A DNA stretch of 64,000 bases, taken from assembly GCA_000934665.2 (NCBI GenBank), contig KZ538053.1, positions 62,001-126,000 of the forward strand. The letters run 5' to 3'. Below, in pieces: positions 52,301-63,905 of the stretch (the first letter of the stretch is position 1; each line of letters opens with the position of its first letter). The position numbers and the translations under genes were made by a program. Origin of the DNA: Catajapyx aquilonaris (lineage: Eukaryota). The notes under the pieces are model-generated. The model saw only the letters and a program-made list of their open reading frames with translations, had not been told where the DNA came from and ran no database searches.

Positions 52301-53319
52301 TATATAGCTGAGAATCTTGATATTAATATTTATTTTATTGTTTCACAAAGTTGTGACTGATTTAAATGTGCGGCCGGCTAGCTCTCGAATAGACTTGGCT
52401 GATCCTGAGCAGCGACAGGCATTTTAATCATTAGTCTATGTGCTTCCAACGAGGTTCCAACTCTGTTGTTAAAACGTTAATTTTTATAAAAAGAAATCAA
52501 TGACTCCCAGTGTCAAGAGATAGCAAGAATATGCATACAAAATCACATTTTCAAAATAATAATGAGAGAGTGCCACAACACCCTCATCGCTTCCATCGTT
52601 AAAAACGTTTCAGTTGTCGTTCAGTGTTTAATTAGACGCCCGGCAATGACACATATCATTTATAGCCGAATTTAAATATACGAGGCCTACAAATCGATGC
52701 TTCATTCCTATATCTACTTATCAACACCATAATTATTGGCTTTGGTGTATCTGACAATCAATACCATACTGAACAGGCTGTGCCTCAGACTGGATGGTAT
52801 AGGATCAAGCGAGTGGCTTCTATTTGGATGTGATTATTATTAGGCCTATTCCACTTGTGAATTTCCATTTCAACCCTAACATCTCACATGGATACAGCAA
52901 AGCGCAATTTGCCTCCTACACAATAATTACACCAAAGCGCTCACTGATGGAAAAATGGGGATATAAAACATTAATCTCCAGAAATATAAAATCCCACCGT
53001 ATATCATATTCCAATATACTGTACATTGTTCTCGGTGCGGAAAAATCCGAGGCCAGCGACCTATACTTGCAGAATAACCTCTAATCTTTGCAGTATGTAT
53101 CGTACTTACGCAAGCTGGAAAAAAGCAAGGGGTTGTAGTAGCCTAATGCCTAATAGCCAAGATTCTCCATGTGGCTTTTGGCTTTTATTTTGATGTGTAA
53201 GCGCGAGAAGCTGCCGTACTGACTTTTCTTCCCCAGAGATTTATGGATGGAAAATTAATGCATCTTATGTCTTTCTTGCATGATATTATTTCCAAGGTGC
53301 TGAAAAATGCAGGATTAGA

Positions 53320-53600
53320 TTTATCAAAATGATGTGTCCATGGGTGAAATGAATCGGCAGTAATTAGCGGCGTGGATTCCGCAGTACAAGCTAGTATCAG
53401 GCTACACCAATGGAAAAAGCTCTTTGTGCAGCCCGAAACTTGAATTTAGCAATGCAAAATTTCGAAGATTCCAGGTGTGTCACATTTTTTTGGAGTTGTG
53501 GAACATTTGCATTTTTTAGTGGTAGCAACACACGATGGTCTTCCTGTCGTAGATCTAATGCAAGAGTGACACTTGGGTCGTCTCGCTCTATTATGAATGC
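53320..53600 (+). pseudogene. Decayed hAT (ZMYM1-like) transposase fragment
   Basis: Across frameshifts: ISGVDSAVQASI, CAARNLNL, FFGVVE, FFSGSNTRW. This follows the hAT motif order MSG...VQ...HCxxHxLNL...FF...FFxxSxxRW. Confidence 0.55.
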
Positions 53601-54175
53601 AGTTCCGGTATGTGGACATTCTGAAAGCACAAGGCAATAAGATCGGCAATAAAATTTTTAATAAGAAGGACCATACTCTGTGACACGCTTCATTGTCTTG
53701 CCGTCACTTACACCAGCATAGGCCCATAATTTATTTAACTGAATCATTAGTAAGAAAGGCAAGAAATGTAACTATATTCCATTATAATTAATTTCCAAGG
53801 GCATGTACCAATATTCATTACAGCAGGCTGCTATAGAAACAGTCGATTAAAAATGTATAAACCATTGCATAACCCAGCCCACCTGCCTTCCCACTACTTA
53901 TAGTTTTATCGACAAACGACAACTTAATTGTCACATTACATCGCACCCTATTTCTCTAGCCAGAAACGCGCAAGTCCAATATCTTCTACATTGACAATCT
54001 GTCCAACCCGCCACCAAGTAGCCACCAAGTGGCTAGGTAGGCAACTTCCATCTACGGACATCTTGCAACCTTGCTTCGAGACAAGGAACCACCGGTCCGG
54101 TCCGTTCCTTCAAGCAGTACTGGAATTAGTGGAATGCACCGGTGGAATCGGGTGGAATGCACTGTGGAATACAAC

Positions 54176-54517
54176 ATGGTGTGTTCGCCGGTGTACGCCG
54201 CAAGAGCAATGGCAAATTTCCTTGCCCGCTTCAGTGTACTCCCTGCCCAAAGTCATTCAGTACGCTGCTGGCTTACCGCCGGCACTGCCTGCAGTCGTAG
54301 ATACTACAGTACAGGAGGTCCTGCTTCAGGAGGTGCCAGAAGGCGAGATCTTTGGAGCATGGGTTGGATTGGGGTGGGCGCTGGGGCCATTTTGGGTACA
54401 GGGTATGCCCTGAATGAACACTACCAGTCGAAGAAAGTGCCACCTATTATGAATATAGCTGGCGGACCGAAACCGTACCTTTTGAAGTCGCTGCCAGATA
54501 TTAAGCCGTCAAGAAAG
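54176..54517 (+). CDS. PTGES2: Prostaglandin E synthase 2 (mPGES-2 / Su(P)-like), exon 1
   Basis: CAAC-ATG start context; Arg/Ser-rich, acid-poor presequence, hydrophobic WIGVGAGAILGTGYAL anchor, LLKSLPDIKPSRK. Phase-0 donor AAG|GTGTGT joins IVNPSD at 63371. Confidence 0.82.
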
Positions 54518-54646
54518 GTGTGTTGTTGCTACTTGATGAAAGTTCTAAATAACTTAAGTTATTTCTTGGTTATGTGCACTATTTTAAGGCAGAGTATGAC
54601 AAAGGCAAGTGATGTAGTGGTAGGTACCTGGAACATGCTTTCTTAA

Positions 54647-55117
54647 CCCTTAACTACGTAGGTGGGTGAAACACCTTTAACTACGTAGGTGGAGCCTGAG
54701 AGGCTCCAACGGTATATTTCAATTTCTGCTTATCAACTAAGTTGTTATATTGGACTTTTCACATACAGAAAGTGCAGTTCAGATCATTAGGCTTCCGATA
54801 ACGTAAAAATCACACGCTGAGTCAGCATATTCCGACAGGAAAAAATTCTTAATTAAAAGGTTACATCGTGCTTGAGCCGCTCAGTCTTCACCTGCATAGG
54901 TAGAGCCAGTATAGAGTCCAGGAGGGACCTGTTCCTCGTTACGAATTTTTTTAAACCAAACAATAGGGACTAAAAAAAAATTTCTTTCTTTTTCATGCTT
55001 AGGAAGGTTTGTCTGACAAAGTCACGGAAGAACAGGGGAAAATAAAATTCCATGAAAAAGTTACATGCGTTTAAATAGTGCTTGGAGCCTCTCAGGCTCC
55101 ACCTACGTAGTTAAGGG
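54647..55117. mobile_element. piggyBac-type MITE
   Basis: TTAA|CCCTTAACTACGTAGGTGG ... CCACCTACGTAGTTAAGGG|TTAA. Confidence 0.88.
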
Positions 55118-55138
55118 TTAAAACCTGCAAGCAATGTA

Positions 55139-56320
55139 CAAGGCACATCCAGGAAGTAAGTTCCATTTTTAAATTAGAAAAACTACAAAGAACCACCAGA
55201 ATTAATATTATGCACATCTGAAAGGTTCAACTGCCTACTTTTTTTCAACATAGTTTCCAGCCAAATCTAGGAATTTGTTGTAGCTTTACAGAGATTTTGT
55301 ATGCGTACGTCATAGGAGTTTGCCGCCAACCATTTCCCCGCTGGACTGCAACTCCTCGTCATTGTCAAACCTCTGCTTTACATTCTAATTCTTCATGTTC
55401 ATGGACAGGTGGTAATCGCTAGGCTCAAAATCCCTGCTCTAAGGAGGGTGATCGAACAATTCTCGCTTAAATTGTTGCAGCAGAGTTGCAGTACGTAAGG
55501 CAGTAAGCGGGCGGGCATTGTCATGCAATGAAAACACTTCGGAATTCAACATGCTACAGAATTTGTTCAACACAAAGGTTTACTGTGAAACATTACAAAG
55601 GTTAAGGATGGCCATTCAAAAGAAACGTAGTATCATGTTGAATCCTGGGTGTTTTTCTTGCACAACAATTCTCGCCCGCCTACTGCCTTTACAATGAAAC
55701 CCTGCCGCAACCATTCAAGGGAGAATTGTTTGATAACCCTCCTTGGAACCAGGATTTAGAGCAGAGCGATTACCACTTGTTCATGGACATGAAGAAATGG
55801 CATGCAAAGCAAAGGTTTGACAATGACGAGGAGTTGCAGTCCAGTGGCAAAATGGCTGGCGGCAAACTTATATGACGTACGCATGCAAAATCTTCTGTAA
55901 CTTTATGACAAATGCCTAGATTTGGCTGGAAACTATGTTGAAAGGTGCGGTGGCCAAGATGGTAACGTCTCGGCTTGCTGTGCGAAAGGTCCCAGGTTCT
56001 AATCCCCGCCCGGGAGTTACCTTTAGCTTGCATCAGTGGGTCTCTGGCCTGCGTCTTGGCAACTGGCCTCCTGGGGGACTGCACATGACCCTTTTCAGAC
56101 ATTGCACTTGCATCTGTGTCCCCTCGCAACTCCCCCCTCCTTACCCCACTTCCTTAATTGTCCTTGCACAGAGTCTGAAGAAAAATAGGAAAATTATTCA
56201 AATAGTGGTAATCCACCCCCCTAAAAGGGCTTTGTTCCCTCCAATAGGGTAAACAAAAAAAACAACAAAAAAACAAGGACAACAAAAAAAAAACAGAACA
56301 TAGTTTCTGGATGCGCCTTG
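55139..56320. mobile_element. Fold-back mariner relic (two inverted 3' transposase halves) with a SINE insertion
   Basis: TA|CAAGGCACATCCAG ... CTGGATGCGCCTTG|TA; ~55240-55560 is the reverse complement of ~55630-55943, which reads SDYHLFMDMKKW...RFDNDEEL...GNYVE. Confidence 0.8.
55943..56295 (+). mobile_element. SINE family A
   Basis: GGTGGCCAAGATGGTAACGTCTCGGCTTGC...CCAGGTTCTAATCCCC head; A-rich tail. Confidence 0.82.
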
Positions 56321-56807
56321 TATTTTCATCAGCAGCTGAGATTGGTCCAATTTTGACTGGCCATGTGATCTGCAAAGGACATGGCACAAAATGTATGGGC
56401 CAGTGGCCTTCCGTTCGATTTGCCTGAAAATGGGATATGTTGTAGCCCAGACTGTCCTGATCAATGTTCAGGGCCGGCCCTAGGTGGGTGCGGGGCCTAG
56501 GGCAAGAACTAAATGCGGGGCCTATTCTCCGTGAGTGAATTTCTGTACAACACGAATTGCGTATCCAACAATTTTGTTGGCTGACTTTCTATAATAACGT
56601 ACAACTGAGGGGTGTAGACAGTTGTGTTAAAAAGATTGAAATTGCAAATTTTAAACATTTAATTTTTTAAATTATACCCCTTTATTTTTCGCTGGTTTTC
56701 ACGTATGTTGTAGCCCTACATGTGAACTACATGTGGCCATATCAGTCCTGTTGGCTAGTATAATACTAAGGAAGATTGGGCCTCTTAAGCGAGACCCCCT
56801 CCATATA

Positions 56808-57707
56808 CGAGGGGTGTTCAAGTCATTCCCGGACTTTATTTTTTAACAAATCACACACAAGTGACACAGGTGTCAAACTTTGGTCATTACTCGACATAGT
56901 CCCCTACAACAGCACAACATTTTCCCCACCGATGTATAAGCGCTTTTATCCCAGCAGCATAGAATGAGAGTTCCCCCCTCCTCAGCCACGCCAGGACAGC
57001 TTCTAGCACTGTCTCATTCGTCTCGATGACAAATGCTCTTTTAAAGGCCCATAAAGGTGGAAATCGTTGGGGGCAAGGTCGGGGCTGTATGGCAGGTGAG
57101 GAATAGTGGTCCAACTGAGTGTGCGAATTTTGTCCATGGTAATATGGGCTGTGTGTGGGCGGGCATTGTCGTGCAGTAGAAAAATGCCTTGCAGACACCT
57201 TAGAGACGTGAAGGTGTTCATGCAGAATAGTCTCAACACTGCCACAACTGATTCCTGTCATCTGCACAAGCCCACGAACAGTTAACGCGACGGTTACTGA
57301 GGACTAAACCCTCCACATGCTTGATGTTCGCTGGCGTCACCACACTCGGCGCCGACCCACCATGTCCTGGATCATCGAGCACATTTTTGCGGCCACCTTT
57401 GTATCGTGCAGCCCACTCGTACACCACCGATCTGCTAAGGGTATCCTCCCCATACTGTCTCCTTAGTCTGGTGACAATGTCCGATGTTTTGATGCCTTCC
57501 ACTACCAGAAACTTAATGATCCCACTACTGCGCTGACACCATCCGACTCCATCTTTTTTTTCTCTCTCACATGACTGTTTACGGAGACTGGCCCTTGACT
57601 GAACATACAAGACAGTTGAAGGAAGGTGTGGTATAAGTTTGACACCTGTGTCACTTGTGTATGATTTGTTAAAAAATAAAGTCCGGGAATGACTTGAACA
57701 CCCCTCG
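56808..57707 (-). mobile_element. Internally deleted mariner element
   Basis: TA|CGAGGGGTGTTCAAGTCATTCCCGG with a ~73-bp near-perfect TIR. Transposase pieces IIKFLVVEG...SRSVVYEW, LLHDNARPH and PHLPYSPDLAPNDFHL; central region missing. Confidence 0.92.
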
Positions 57708-58090
57708 TATGTCGTCATTATGATGGGTACACCCAACATGCAAATCGCCCCACCTTGCTCAGTGCAAATGTTGATATTCAAGTTGGGATGATCACTGATG
57801 AGAGAGTACGACACATGTAAGACTCCTTTGGTAGCCCACACCCCCCTCCCCAAGCAAACCCATGCCTCCCACCCCACAAACACACCTAGCCAATTATAAT
57901 TATATTGTAGTGGTCCTGTTGGCCACATTGTGTTATTGTTGTGTAGCAACAAGAATAGTGTTCAGTCTAGAATAAAATGTTAGAGAGAACTGACGTGTTC
58001 TGGAACTCGGGCACTGCCTTGTCTGGCCATGGTCCCTGCTGGTGGCAAGGGGTTCACTGCAATATATAATAAGATTACGCTTCTGCTCAC

Positions 58091-58318
58091 CCTTCACGCG
58101 GATGTGGAGACTTGACACGTCCACTCCTTGAACCATGGCTTGATCAAACAGAACTTCCTGACATTTCTGGAGGAAGGAGGGTCGACTGTGGTTGATGTAC
58201 TCCTCTAGGTCATGCAGGAAGCGTCTGTGGACACTCCTGATGGCTTCGGCTATGGTAGCGACTAAGTGGAACAGACTAGCGGTCTCCAGCAACTCGGGTT
58301 GGAGGTAAACAGGCATGG
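58091..58318 (-). other. Exon-like coding fragment inside the DNA transposon
   Basis: TTGTGTTGCAG|CC-ATG acceptor and start, 75 open codons MPVYLQPELLETASLFHLV..., candidate donor G|GTGAGC. Confidence 0.35.
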
Positions 58319-59056
58319 CTGCAACACAACAAAAGCCTCGACATTATTTTGACCCTCTTTTTGAAATAATGTCGAGGCTCAAAATTACCACCCCCCATAA
58401 AACGGGTAAAAATCAAAATATTTCAAAACCCTTTGGTACAATGTTTTAGCAGCGCTAGGTCACCATAACCTGTGAATATCATTCAAATCCGCCACATCAA
58501 GGGTACAAAGGGGGCCCCACTGACATGGAATGACCCCTATTAGAAACACATAACTTTGTCAAATATCGCTCAATTTTCATGAGACAAGTTTCATTTTGTT
58601 AGCTGCTTTAGGCGTGTATTCGCTTTGCGAGGCACTAGGGCTCGGCACCTCCCCGTGGGGCCCCACTTGTGCTGTGGAACTGACATCTCCATAAGTTCAG
58701 CACCTCTTATGGCACAGCTATGCACTAACGCCTATAGAGCCGTATAGAGCTGTAGGCGTTAGTGCATAGTTGTGCCATAAGAGGCGCTGGACTTATGGAG
58801 ATGCGAGTTCCACAGCAGGATTTCATTGCACATATATTAGCACCACTGCCGGAAGAGATAACGGCACAGATTTTTCTATTGCCCTGGGATAGAAGTGTCC
58901 CTGGGCTGGTTAAAACACACATTTCCGTCCCCACAGCTAATGTCGTACAAGCACACATTGTTTGTTCCCCTCTGGACCCACTCAAAGCTGGTGGGAGGGA
59001 CATGGGATTGAACCCAGGGCATACTCAGCTGCAGTGAAATGAGTGAGGGTCACTAA

Positions 59057-59432
59057 GGGGTCGTCCATATACCACTTGACCGTTTTGGGGGGAGGGGGGG
59101 GGGTCGGCGAAAATTCACGTGGTATCTCTGAACACAGTGAATTGGCACATATGGGAGCTTTTGCAGATGCACATGGGTTCAAAATAACCTAAAATTCGAA
59201 ATCAGCGACCCCGAAAACATGGGGAGACATGTTTTTTACGTGCTTAAGCAGTTTAGGTGAGGAGCTATCAATTTCGATGGCGTTTTTTCTGATAACATTG
59301 ACATTTAAAAAAAAAACACGTGAAAAAAGGGGGGGGGGGGTTCCAATGGATACCACGGTCGGTCACTGGGGGGGAGGGGGGAGAGGGTCAAAAAGTGCCC
59401 GAAAATTGGTCACGTGGTTTATGGACGACCCC
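59057..59432. mobile_element. PIF/Harbinger MITE
   Basis: TAA|GGGGTCGTCCATA ... TATGGACGACCCC|TAA. Confidence 0.88.
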
Positions 59433-60626
59433 TAAGGGGGTTCAAGGTCACACGGCGCGGGGCCACCCAGAAGCGCGGGGCTCCGGGCGGTCGCCCGGAC
59501 TGCCCACCCCTAAGGCCGGCTCTGTAATGTTAGATAGGGACATTTCGAGGTAGGACCTACAGGGAGCATGCTAATGACCTCCGAAGGTACTATGGGACAT
59601 GGTCTGGTTTTTCGTTCGATTTGCCTGAAAATGGGATATGTTGCAGCCCAGATCGTCCTGATCAATGTTGGATAGGGACATTTCAAGGTAGAACGTACAG
59701 GGAGCGTGCTAATATAATATGGGGAGTAGTTACCATACTCCCCATATTACCTTCGGAGGTCATTAGCATGCTCCATGTAGGTCCTACCTTGAAATGTCCC
59801 TATCTAACATTGATCAGGACAGTCTGGGCTACAACATATCCCATTTTCAGGCAAATCGAACGGAACGCCACTGGCCCATACATTTTGTGCCATGTCCTTT
59901 GTTTCAGCCCCTCTTTTATGGACAGGGAGGACTTCCTTTTGACATCTGACTGTGAGATCAGGTGTAGACCTCCTCTTTAGGATTCCTGACTCCCCATCCT
60001 ATAACAAAGACTCGCTTTGCGTACATTCAACCTAGAAATGTTTGAGCACATTGCTCAATGTAAAGTTACGGGAAGTACCCATTTTATGCTGCTTCACGTT
60101 AATCCCGGTTGAAAAAAAAATTAATTGGAAAATTGTGAAAAGTTGAAATTAACACACCATTCGAAACACAAACGCACCTCTGTCACAAAAGCATGCGAGT
60201 CCAAACATAAAATTTTGTTTTTGTGACAAGGTGTAGAGATATATTACATTACTGTACTACTGGTCTCAGACCTCCCCTAAGTACTGTACCTTTTGTTACA
60301 ATACACTACATGTACTGCAGTAAAAATCAAAAGAAGGGAAAAGAACCCTCAGAACCCAATAACCCTCAACCTGGAGCCTCCTATTAAATGTGTGTATTAA
60401 ATGTTTCAAATACCGGTACTCTCAAGGCAGTGCTCAAGGGAACTGTAGGTTCTGTCAATGGAGTTGCTGAATGAAACTTGGCACAATAATATAGGCAGAT
60501 AATTTATTTAACCAAATGTGACCTGTTTCAGCACAGTGCGACAATGTCTCTCGATGTCAGCCCGGACAGCTTACCTTATGAGCAAAGTTTCAGATATCGC
60601 ACTCAAAAAAAGCAGACATTTTACTA

Positions 60627-60899
60627 ATAATAATAATAATAATGGATACCCCGTGATAGGCCTCCTTGGGCCTCTTAGGGGATCATCTTTTGAATAACCG
60701 TCTTTAATCATTGCCTTTGCTGTGATGGATTTTGATTGCGGGAGGAAACGGGAGAGCCCCGCGAAAACCCACGCGAACACGGAGAGAACCCATCTAAACT
60801 CTATCCACATAAGTATCCTCTGTCCGATCTGGGGACCGAACTCGGGACCTTAGAGGTGGAAGGCTGCGGCGCTAACCACTGCGCCACCGTGTCGCCCTT
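60627..60899 (-). mobile_element. tRNA-derived SINE with V-domain-like core
   Basis: Head GGTGGCGCAGTGGTTAGCG...GAGTTCGGTCCC; core GTTCTCTCCGTGTTCGCGTGGGTTTTCGCGGGGCTCTCCCGTTTCCTCCC; (ATT)n tail; TSD CAGACATTTTACTA (60613-60626 / 60900-60913). Confidence 0.85.
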
Positions 60900-61084
60900 C
60901 AGACATTTTACTACATCACTGGAAAGGGATAATATTACTCTGATTACAACAATCTAAATTGCTAGATCGCAGCCATCTTTGAAACAGTCGCTTCTGAATT
61001 TTTTCGAGAAAAAAATGCACTTTTTTCTCAAATTATGTGCCCGACTGGCATCAAATCCAGCTTATCACCTTGGAAAATTCAGAA

Positions 61085-61522
61085 GAAGGGAAACTCGCAG
61101 ACAATCACCAGGTACACTGACAGTATTCGCAAAACTAATATAGGGATGTGCAATTAGTTTTGGCTCCTTTGCGTAGTTAATGAGTACAGCGCCTTTAAAG
61201 TGTAGAGGGCCGGATGGGAAAATATGAGGTAAAAACTACACAAAGTGCACAGGTGTCATACCCGGATTCTTACTCTGACGAGATTTGATCACCCATTGCA
61301 CATGGACGATGTGTTACGGACCCAAGGCCGGACTATTCAAAGGCCCTCAAGCTGTATTTTGCTTCTTTGAAGCTGGCGGAACGGATGTGAAGTCACGAGA
61401 CTTTGACGGCGCCTTATGCATTAACTATTAAGGGCGCCCAAAACTAATTGCACATCCCTATATTAGTTTTGCGAGTACTCTCAGTGCACCTGGCGATTGT
61501 CCGCGAGTTTCCCTTCACCCTG
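61085..61522. mobile_element. Tc1/mariner-type MITE (outer end of left TIR lost)
   Basis: GAAGGGAAACTCGC...GATGTGCAATTAGTTTTGG is inverted at ~61438-61516; ends CACCCTG|TA. Confidence 0.75.
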
Positions 61523-61615
61523 TATAATTGAAGGGTAGCCCTGAATAATGTTGTAAGTGACATTGGTGAAAATGATCACTTACAACATTATTCTGGGCGA
61601 CCCTTCAATTATACA
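61521..61615. repeat. Short fold-back element
   Basis: TGTATAATTGAAGGGT...GAATAATGTTGTAAGTGA / TCACTTACAACATTATTC...ACCCTTCAATTATACA. Confidence 0.75.
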
Positions 61616-62078
61616 ACTGTTTGTGACAATGTGTTTAAAAAAAACATGTCCGTACAACTAGCACATCTTACGTATGATGTGACAGTGTGGGATAGTACTG
61701 TACAGTATAAAGTGGTATAAAGAGAGAGGAAACAGGTCAACAGTTTTTTAAATATATTTTTGTCGGCTGGGTAGAAGGCCATTGGCCCACTGCATACAGG
61801 TTTTAGTCGTAATCGTGAAGAGGTGAGGAAATTGACTAATAGCAGTCGAAGACTAATCGACGGTTTTTAAAATCTTCATCTGGTGACTTGGGGACTTTTT
61901 GTAATCAAAGTAATTATCCCTTTCCAGTGAGGTAATAAAACATCTGCTTTTTTTTAAGTGCGACATCTGAAACTTCGCTTGTAAGGTAAGCTGTCCAGGG
62001 TGAAATCGAGGTATCATAACTTTTGACGTTGTCGCGCTTCTCCGAAACGGTTTGCATTTTGTTTAATAACTTACCTGC

Positions 62079-62745
62079 AACTAAAGCAGTTTGGAGGAGG
62101 GGACATGGTTTCTGACTGCTAATCGGGAGGTCCTGGGATCTAATCCCGGGGCCGGCAACTCTGACCGGGGTTTTCTGTGGTTTCCCACGGTCCTTCCAGG
62201 AAAATTCCGGAGTTGCTTCTGTAATTAATAGGCCACAGCCACTTCCTTCCGTCCCTGTATCCTATCCCAAAGGGGAGGTGTAGATGGCCGAGATGGTAAC
62301 GTCTCGGCTTGCTGAGTGAAAGGCCCCAGGTTCGATCCCCGCCTGGGGAACTTCCTTTCACCTGCGTCAGGAGGATCTCTGACCTGCACCTTGGAGGTGT
62401 CTGGCAACCTAACCTCCTGGGGGACTGCACATGGCCCAGACTTGAGACATTTCACCTGCACCCATGTCCCCTCCCCAAAAATCCCTATCCTTACCTAACG
62501 TCCTTGATTCCTTGCACCGGAGACTGAAGTAAACAAAGCAGAAAATTGATGGTGGTGTGCCACCCCCCCAAAGGGGCCTATGGAGGCCTATCACGGGGTA
62601 ATATAAAAATAAAAATAAAAATAAATAAAATAAAAATCATATCCCAAAGAGCACAGTAAAATGAAAAGCAAAGAGTTCCGGCCAAATCAAACTTTCCCTC
62701 TAAAGAGCCGATGGCTGGTAACAGTGTATGAATTATTATTATTAT

Positions 62746-62777
<32 letters not shown>

Positions 62778-62849
62778 TTGTTATTATTAGTAGTATTATT
62801 GTTATTATTATTAGTATTATTATTGTTGTTATTATTAGTATTATTATTG

Positions 62850-62902
<53 letters not shown>
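62079..62902 (+). mobile_element. SINE family S with a nested family-A SINE and an expanded (TAT/TAG/TTG)n tail
   Basis: GACTGCTAATC head; TSD ATAACTTACCTGC (62066-62078 / 62903-62915). Confidence 0.82.
62272..62639 (+). mobile_element. SINE family A, full-length
   Basis: GGGGAGGTG...GGTTCGATCCCC head, (TAAAAA)n tail, TSD TATCCCAAA (62263-62271 / 62640-62648). Confidence 0.88.
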
Positions 62903-62905
<3 letters not shown>

Positions 62906-63190
62906 ACTTACCTGCCTATATTATTGTGCCAAGTTTCATTCAGCAATTCCATTGACAGGACTTACAGTTCCCTGGTCAGCACTATAACAGCAATATTATT
63001 CCTGTCTGTGGGAAATTTTTGGAACCTATCATTCACATACATTATAATTTTTTTTGTCTTGTTTTACTGCGATTCTCTTTACATTTCTGTGTTGCAGGAA
63101 TGAATTACTGGTATAAAATGGGTACTTCCTTTGTTGAGAGTATGTGCAGAATAAAAAGCAGCTGATTTCCAAAATTTGGTTGCTAAATAA

Positions 63191-63853
<663 letters not shown>

Positions 63854-63905
63854 GTAAGTAATGAAATATGGATTCAATACCTGACTTAAAGTTGCTCTGT
63901 TGTAG

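Larger units (their letters stand above)
56469..59524. mobile_element. CAGGGCCGGCC-type DNA transposon (hAT/P-like), non-autonomous
   Basis: TIR CAGGGCCGGCC...GGCCGGCTCTG; TSD CAATGTT / TAATGTT. The empty site is readable in the opposite arm of the host element. Confidence 0.8.
56373..59901. mobile_element. Fold-back element (outermost layer of a nest)
   Basis: CAAAGGACATGGCACAAAATGTATGGGCCAGTGGC... is almost exactly inverted at ~59750-59901. The left arm resumes at ~59532 after a 3-kb insertion. Confidence 0.85.
60429..62983. mobile_element. Large fold-back element hosting three SINEs and two MITEs
   Basis: GGGAACTGTA...TGAATGAAACTTGGCACAATAATATAGGCAG (~60438-60500) is inverted at ~62910-62972; ~60565-60935 (minus the SINE) is inverted at ~61912-62000. 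Confidence 0.7.

Noticed and set aside
57233..57952. 239-aa ORF as an intact transposase
   Set aside because: It reads through flank and TIR into the transposase N-terminus. The element is frameshifted and lacks the central catalytic region.
62079..62639. Dimeric Ser+Ala SINE
   Set aside because: The inner SINE has its own TSD (TATCCCAAA) and the outer one resumes afterwards, so it is a nested insertion.
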